Shown here one piece after another: positions 60,301 through 64,000 of a stretch of 64,000 nucleotides of DNA. The position numbers and the translations under genes were made by a program. The stretch covers positions 24 through 64,023 of the forward strand of contig DASZXB010000017.1 of the NCBI GenBank assembly GCA_035546095.1, in the 5' to 3' direction. Positions within the stretch are counted from its first letter, which is position 1. The number at the start of each line of letters is the position of its first letter. Source of the DNA: Verrucomicrobiia bacterium. Lineage in GTDB: Bacteria; Verrucomicrobiota; Verrucomicrobiia; Limisphaerales; UBA11358. The notes under the pieces are model-generated. The model made no database searches, was not told the DNA's origin, and worked only from the letters and a program-made list of their open reading frames with translations.

Positions 60301-60969
60301 CCGTTGCAAATGGCGCAGATGTTGATGGGAACAGGTGTTACAATTGCTAATGCGACTTACACGGGAACAAATGCGGCTCGCGGCATATTTGCAGGAGGCT
60401 TTGCTTGCAACCTCCCAATAGATAGCGGCGTAATCTTCGATTCAGGCAACATTGCTGATGTCATAGGCCCGCCAAGTATCACAAACCCGGATGGCGAATT
60501 TGGAAATCTAGGTGGTGACACAGATTTAGATAATCTGATTGGTATTGATAGTTCGGATGGATGGGATCCTGCGGTGTTGGAATTCGACATTATTTCATCC
60601 ACGAATTCAATTTCATTTCAATACTTCTTCACGTCTGAAGAATACACCCAATATGTTGGTTCCGTATACAATGATGTCTGTGGAATTTTTATTGATGGAA
60701 CAAATATAGCCGTTGTTCCGGGCACCTCGCAGTGTGTGTGTCTAAATAATGTTAGTCCTGATACTAATGCCAAATACTATGTGAATAATCCTTTCGGAGC
60801 AAACATTGTCAATATGCAATATACCGGTTTAACAACCTTGTTCACGGCGCAGGTGACTATTTCTACGAACGTGGTTCATCATATCAAAATTGCTATCGAA
60901 GATGTTGGCGACGATGCCAACGATTCAGCTATCTTTCTGAAAGCAGCGTCATCGTGTAACTGCAATTAA
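57376..60969 (+). CDS. large secreted protein with beta-helix-like repeats and C-terminal choice-of-anchor-L-type domain, no C-terminal sorting signal
   Basis: Signal peptide from ATG 57376 and NNLF-type beta-helix repeats. The C-terminus FQYFFTSEEYTQYVGSVYNDVCGIFIDGTNIAVVPG...YTGLTTLFTAQV...HHIKIAIEDVGDDANDSAIFLKA matches the choice-of-anchor-L pattern as I remember it. The protein ends 8 residues later (ASSCNCN). Confidence 0.75.
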   Translation: MKNTIAFMVKLVVSMILWSFTAFSQTASYGVVSTSSLPPQFVYAVAERGPNYCIWSTTNHETDAKGQGVPVVHKYTELATGLNHLVNGQWIPSSEEIDILPDGTAAATNGQHQVYFPADIYDGEIRMVTPDGKTLQSQPLGLSYDDGSNTVLIAILTNSIGELISSNQVIYPNAFAGMDADLRYTYTKAGFEQDIILREQPPTPQSFGLNPDATRLEVLTEFFNPPRPTVKATAVSTAAGNLEDDNLSFGTMRMRRGKAFLLGTNTPSASVNKQWLTLDNRQFLVEEVPVVSIVNELSQLPQSASTQSNPPLNVISSTRLLPQQRLAKTKGKKTFIAKASLPDNGLVLDYNTINSSLTNYTFRGDTTYYISGNIYLYGTNIFEGGTVIKYNGTSITLDYPSSIQTQTSAYRPVIFTSGSDSSVGEITPGGYSGGHPALAYYGTVTYAESGSLKLNNFRIYRADEAIYVSGNLNATLENGQFCDCVIGFEADGFNVYAQIENCLFQEPGSMALCLNQANVTMENVTVDGNGDTSLSQAVPYSDAPYTIMMTNCLIGNVWTLSWGSSDAIIGGDYNGFYDTDVSPFGVHYIDFPDNGPYQTAGAGNYYLGDNSFRYFVGTTAIDPALLASLRTKTVYPPDTNSYINTIISTPTTITPSPQVLFDEPNAIALGYHYDRIDYLVDNLTVSNTVLSLANGVVLASCNDIGIQVQGSGTIVSTGTPALPNWLVRYQSVQEEPILLGGADPSLGATICATNTGASGSFQFTHFSVPAGGGYDFYDTGNSVFSNLVLQECELYGGANDFSGGSSASSVILQNNLFDCSSIYASNTSASASLAISNNLFWGTTATIHQPADGVWYAYNNDFDSTAITNSTLNNGYNAYLNCSGYLSSTNATDIFSDDSLAYVAGPLGDFYQPDDSPLINAGSTTANHVGLCAYTVLTDTVNGMEIEETNSIVDIGYHHVAATPDDNLVVSTNITPLQMAQMLMGTGVTIANATYTGTNAARGIFAGGFACNLPIDSGVIFDSGNIADVIGPPSITNPDGEFGNLGGDTDLDNLIGIDSSDGWDPAVLEFDIISSTNSISFQYFFTSEEYTQYVGSVYNDVCGIFIDGTNIAVVPGTSQCVCLNNVSPDTNAKYYVNNPFGANIVNMQYTGLTTLFTAQVTISTNVVHHIKIAIEDVGDDANDSAIFLKAASSCNCN

Positions 60970-60988
60970 AATTTAACATGGAAATCAT

Positions 60989-61663
60989 ATGAAAAAGATA
61001 AACCTTGTTCTTCTACTGGCAGGATTACTGTGCCCTATATTTATGCAAGCGCAAGGCACGCTGTATTTGTCAAATTCCGGTGTAACTCCAATGGGCAGTG
61101 CGGAAATCGGAAGCGATTCATGGATTGGTCAGTCGTTTTATACCGGGACCAATCCAGATGGTTATACGTTAGATTCCATTCAATTACTCATGAATTCGGC
61201 TATTGGGAATCCCGACAACGTTACGGTTTCCATTTATTCGTGGACGTCCGGGACCGGAGCGCCGGGAACCGAAATCGCTTCTTTGACCGGATTCAATCCT
61301 TCAACCGGAGGCCTTTATACTTATACAGCTTCAGGAATCACACTGTTACCTTCAACTGATGGGGCCGAACAGTCTTATTTTGTCGTGGTTACCGCCTCCA
61401 CACCCGTTGCAGTAGGCGCTTATGACTGGAGCGCAGCTAACACTGAACAACAGCAACTCTCGGAATTTATTCAGAACGATGGATGGCTCTTCCATGATGA
61501 ATATTTTAGCTCAACTGATGGTTCAACATGGACCAAGACGATCAGGCAAGATATTTTTCAAATGGCGATTTATGCCACGCCAATTCCTGAACCTCAAATA
61601 TATGCCGTGTTAGGGTTGAGTTTAGCTTATATTGGCTTCCGGCGTTTCCGGCGAAGCAAATGA
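60989..61663 (+). CDS. PEP-CTERM sorting-domain protein, paralog 1
   Basis: Signal peptide, then a C-terminal PIPEPQIYAVLGLSLAYIGFRRFRRSK (PEP motif, TM helix and Arg cluster). Confidence 0.85.
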   Translation: MKKINLVLLLAGLLCPIFMQAQGTLYLSNSGVTPMGSAEIGSDSWIGQSFYTGTNPDGYTLDSIQLLMNSAIGNPDNVTVSIYSWTSGTGAPGTEIASLTGFNPSTGGLYTYTASGITLLPSTDGAEQSYFVVVTASTPVAVGAYDWSAANTEQQQLSEFIQNDGWLFHDEYFSSTDGSTWTKTIRQDIFQMAIYATPIPEPQIYAVLGLSLAYIGFRRFRRSK

Positions 61664-61740
61664 ATTATCGTATGCAATACAATGGCATGACTGTGTTACT
61701 CACCGCTCAGGCATTCATTTCCGCCAACGTCACCAATCAT
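61574..61740 (+). repeat. 167-nt direct repeat R1 (PEP-CTERM anchor coding end plus start of relic)
   Basis: By manual alignment it differs from R3 at 8 positions, and from R2 at 2 positions plus one 9-nt indel. Confidence 0.85.
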
Positions 61741-61824
61741 GTAAAAATCGCCATCGCTGATTATAGCGATAATGAATTAGATTCGGCAGTCCTCATTAAA
61801 GCCCAATCATCCTCATGCCCTTAA
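61660..61824 (+). pseudogene. relic of the last ~52 codons of a choice-of-anchor-L gene (intact 54-codon ORF)
   Basis: MNYRMQYNGMTVLLTAQAFISANVTNHVKIAIADYSDNELDSAVLIKAQSSSCP is homologous to the C-terminus of the 57376-60969 product. Its ATG overlaps the paralog-1 stop (ATGA). Confidence 0.6.
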
Positions 61825-61837
61825 AGAAAGGAATATT

Positions 61838-62497
61838 ATGAAAAAAAAATTAGTCATTATGCTGGTTGCATTGCTTGCATTAATAAGCGCGCAAGCGCAA
61901 GGCGTGATTTATTTATCGAATTTAGATGAACCTGCCAATGGCAGCGTAGCCGTTACTGTGAGTCCAGGAATTTTTGCGCCTTTCACCACGGGAGCGAATC
62001 CCGAAGGATACCTTCTTGATTCAGTTCAACTATTGATGGATGATTCTGAAAGTTCTGTTGGATTTAGCATTGGAATATTCGGAATCAGCTCTGATCCGGT
62101 GCCGACCCCTGGGGCGGAATTAGGCGCTCTCAATGGCTCTTCTAATCCATCAACTGCAGGCATTTATATATATACCACTTCCGGCATCACCTTATTGCCT
62201 GACACTGTCTACTTCATTGGTGCCCGCACCAGAGGGACATTTTACTGGAGTCTGGCAAACAGCGCAAGTTACACTTCGAATGACAACTGGGATTATCCCC
62301 TCCTTATAGAGGGGTTCCCATCATATGGTTTTTATTATGATGGTGATGGTGTCACTCCTATTCCATATCCGCTTCAATTTGCCATCAGCGCCACGCCAAT
62401 TCCTGAACCTCAAATATATGCCTTGTTAGGGTTGAGTTTAGCTTATATTGGCTTCCGGCGTTTCCGGCGAAGTATCGTATTCAATACAATGGCATGA
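61838..62497 (+). CDS. PEP-CTERM sorting-domain protein, paralog 2 (C-terminus altered by 9-nt deletion)
   Basis: Signal peptide and C-terminal PIPEPQIYALLGLSLAYIGFRRFRRS. A 9-nt deletion removed the normal stop, so translation continues IVFNTMA into the relic. Confidence 0.8.
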   Translation: MKKKLVIMLVALLALISAQAQGVIYLSNLDEPANGSVAVTVSPGIFAPFTTGANPEGYLLDSVQLLMDDSESSVGFSIGIFGISSDPVPTPGAELGALNGSSNPSTAGIYIYTTSGITLLPDTVYFIGARTRGTFYWSLANSASYTSNDNWDYPLLIEGFPSYGFYYDGDGVTPIPYPLQFAISATPIPEPQIYALLGLSLAYIGFRRFRRSIVFNTMA

Positions 62498-62547
62498 CTG
62501 TGTTACTCACCGCTCAGGCATTCATTTCCGCCAACGTCACCAATCAT
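62390..62547 (+). repeat. 158-nt direct repeat R2
   Basis: Same block as R1 and R3 but lacking 9 nt (caaatgaat). Its start lies 816 nt after the R1 start. Confidence 0.85.
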
Positions 62548-62637
62548 ATTAAAATTGCTATTGCTGATTATAGTGATGACGAATTGGATTCTGCTATTTT
62601 TATTAAAGCGGCTTCATCATGTAATTGCAACCAATAA
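62473..62637 (+). pseudogene. relic of a choice-of-anchor-L C-terminus, copy 2
   Basis: The frame reads YRIQYNGMTVLLTAQAFISANVTNHIKIAIADYSDDELDSAIFIKAASSCNCNQ. That is 35 of 52 residues identical to the C-terminus of the large protein. Its stop overlaps a possible ATG of paralog 3 (TAATG). Confidence 0.6.
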
Positions 62638-62645
62638 TGAATCCT

Positions 62646-63296
62646 ATGAAAAACCTAATAATCATAATAATCGTCCTAATGAGGCCATTATTTCTGCACG
62701 CACAAGGAATCCTCGAGGTGTCAAACCTCGGCAAAAGCCCCACCAACAGCATGGCCATCGGGAATGATTCATGGATTGCGCAAGCATTTTATGTTGAGGG
62801 AGGTGGCGCGGACACGAATATCTATAATCTGAATTCCGTTCAACTGCTTTTGGATGCCGCGTCAGGAAGTCCCAGCAACCTTACAGTTTCAATTTACACC
62901 GAGCCTTTTGGTGGCGGTCCTCCTCAAACAAATCTTGGCGCTCTGACTCTAAATAGTTCCATGGATCCGATAGCTGGCGGCATTGTGACCTACAACGCTT
63001 CCGGTATCACAATTGTGCCGGGCAACGCTTATTTCGTTGTAGCGACAGCCGCGACTTCTATCGCACAGGGCGCGTATCAGTGGAGCTCTTCCACAAAAGA
63101 AACCGACAATGGAACCTGGGTCATTGACGACGTATATTATAATTCATCTGATGGCTCAAGTTGGACAAAAACAATTCGTCAGGATGTTTTTCAAATGGCG
63201 ATTTATGCCACGCCAATTCCTGAACCTCAAATATATGCCTTGTTAGGGTTAAGTTTAGCTTATGTTGGCTTCCGGCGTTTCCGGCGAAGCAAATGA
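62646..63296 (+). CDS. PEP-CTERM sorting-domain protein, paralog 3
   Basis: Signal peptide (MKNLIIIIIVLMRPLFLHAQG) and C-terminal PIPEPQIYALLGLSLAYVGFRRFRRSK. Alternative starts are at 62625 and 62637. Confidence 0.8.
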   Translation: MKNLIIIIIVLMRPLFLHAQGILEVSNLGKSPTNSMAIGNDSWIAQAFYVEGGGADTNIYNLNSVQLLLDAASGSPSNLTVSIYTEPFGGGPPQTNLGALTLNSSMDPIAGGIVTYNASGITIVPGNAYFVVATAATSIAQGAYQWSSSTKETDNGTWVIDDVYYNSSDGSSWTKTIRQDVFQMAIYATPIPEPQIYALLGLSLAYVGFRRFRRSK

Positions 63297-63373
63297 ATTA
63301 TCGTATTCAATACAATGGCATGACTGTGTTACTCACGGCCCAAGCATTTATTTCCGCCAACGTCACCAATCAT
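63207..63373 (+). repeat. 167-nt direct repeat R3
   Basis: Same block as R1. Its start lies 817 nt after the R2 start. Confidence 0.85.
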
Positions 63374-63443
63374 GTCAAAATTGCTATTACCGATTGTGCC
63401 AGTTATGAGATGACGAATTGGGTTCCGCTATTTTTATTAAAGC
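63293..63443 (+). pseudogene. relic of a choice-of-anchor-L C-terminus, copy 3 (frameshifted)
   Basis: MNYRIQYNGMTVLLTAQAFISANVTNHVKIAIT... then loses the frame. It has 8 extra nucleotides relative to copy 2 around 63390-63420. Confidence 0.6.
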
Positions 63444-63461
63444 ACAATTTCCCATTTGCCC

Positions 63462-64000
63462 TTACTTCGCGCCCGTGCCAACAAATACGGCGGGGACGGT
63501 TTTCAGCAAGATTTTCAAATCGAGCCAGAGCGACCAGTGGTCAATGTATTCGAGGTCGAGCCGCACCCAATCTTTGAAATCCTTGATTTGATTGCGTCCG
63601 CTGATTTGCCAGAGGCAGGTGAGGCCGGGTTTGACGCTCAAGCGGCGGCGGTGGGCGAGGTCGTTGAAGCGTTTGACTTCATAAACCGGCAACGGACGCG
63701 GGCCGACGAGGCTCATCTCGCCGCGCAAAACGTTGAACAGTTGCGGTAATTCATCGAGGCTGTATTTGCGGAGAAATTTTCCAACGCGCGTGACGCGCGG
63801 ATCATTCGTCACTTTAAAGACCGGGCCATGCATTTCATTCATGGCTTCGAGTTCATGTTGGGATTGCGCGGCGTTGGTCGTCATGGTGCGGAATTTGTAG
63901 AGCGTGAACGGCGCGCCATTGAGACCGGAGCGTTGTTGTTTGAAAAAAACCGGGCCGGGCGACGTGATTTTGATGGCGAGCGCAATCAACGGAAACAGCC
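63462..64000 (-). CDS. exopolysaccharide polyprenyl-phosphate glycosyl-phosphotransferase (bacterial sugar transferase family), partial
   Basis: [13 protein letters not shown]...YKFRTM and [21 protein letters not shown] motifs. The N-terminus lies beyond the window end. Confidence 0.85.
   Translation of the reverse strand, partial: LFPLIALAIKITSPGPVFFKQQRSGLNGAPFTLYKFRTMTTNAAQSQHELEAMNEMHGPVFKVTNDPRVTRVGKFLRKYSLDELPQLFNVLRGEMSLVGPRPLPVYEVKRFNDLAHRRRLSVKPGLTCLWQISGRNQIKDFKDWVRLDLEYIDHWSLWLDLKILLKTVPAVFVGTGAK

Noticed and set aside
60810-63443. The periodic ~816-bp repeats considered as a CRISPR-like or other spacer-repeat array.
   Set aside because: The repeats are 158-167 nt long and overlap protein-coding 3' ends. 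The 'spacers' are paralogous genes, and there are no cas genes. This is a tandem gene-duplication structure, not a CRISPR array.

Overview
This is a 64-kb chromosomal segment from a moderately GC-rich bacterium. The gene content points to the PVC superphylum, probably a Verrucomicrobiota-like organism, but this is inference only. Supporting features are an H-X9-DG/DUF1559 pseudopilin, PEP-CTERM proteins, DUF1080, OpgGH, and many short hairpin repeats that are translated in frame.

About 65 protein-coding genes are supported, and most are housekeeping:
- Information processing and cofactors: cca, rpsU, ligA, thiE, pyrG, folC, folP, trxA.
- Central metabolism: PPi-type pfk, sdhCAB, aroQ, accBC, mdh.
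- Envelope and sugar-nucleotide genes: gmhB, glmS, kdsB, glmM, a GT9 heptosyltransferase, a WaaL-like ligase, two SDR epimerase/decarboxylases and opgGH.
- Others: the cdaA-cdaR pair and an Mla-like transporter.

I recognised no rRNA, tRNA, CRISPR array, transposase, integrase or prophage gene.

The points most worth a second look are:
1. A well-formed cobalamin riboswitch (47021-47154) with an intrinsic terminator. It sits in front of a six-gene operon that has no BtuB, BtuCD or ECF energising genes. The operon instead encodes a 725-aa secreted protein, an H-X9-DG pseudopilin, a small polytopic membrane protein, a Cys-rich CWC/DUF5522-like protein, a leaderless BtuF-like binding protein and a P-loop kinase.
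2. An AT-richer locus (57.3-63.5 kb) holding an anchor-less 1197-aa choice-of-anchor-L-type protein. It is followed by three divergent PEP-CTERM paralogs at an ~816-bp period. Each paralog is followed by a relic of the last ~52 codons of a choice-of-anchor-L gene.
3. Palindromic mini-elements inserted in frame into essential genes: cca, ligA (including its Zn-finger loop) and folC (three copies). This resembles the Rickettsia palindromic elements.
4. An Mla-like ABC system whose only ATPase has degenerate catalytic motifs.

Start codons are often non-ATG or ambiguous. All homology calls come from reading motifs in the translations, not from database searches.
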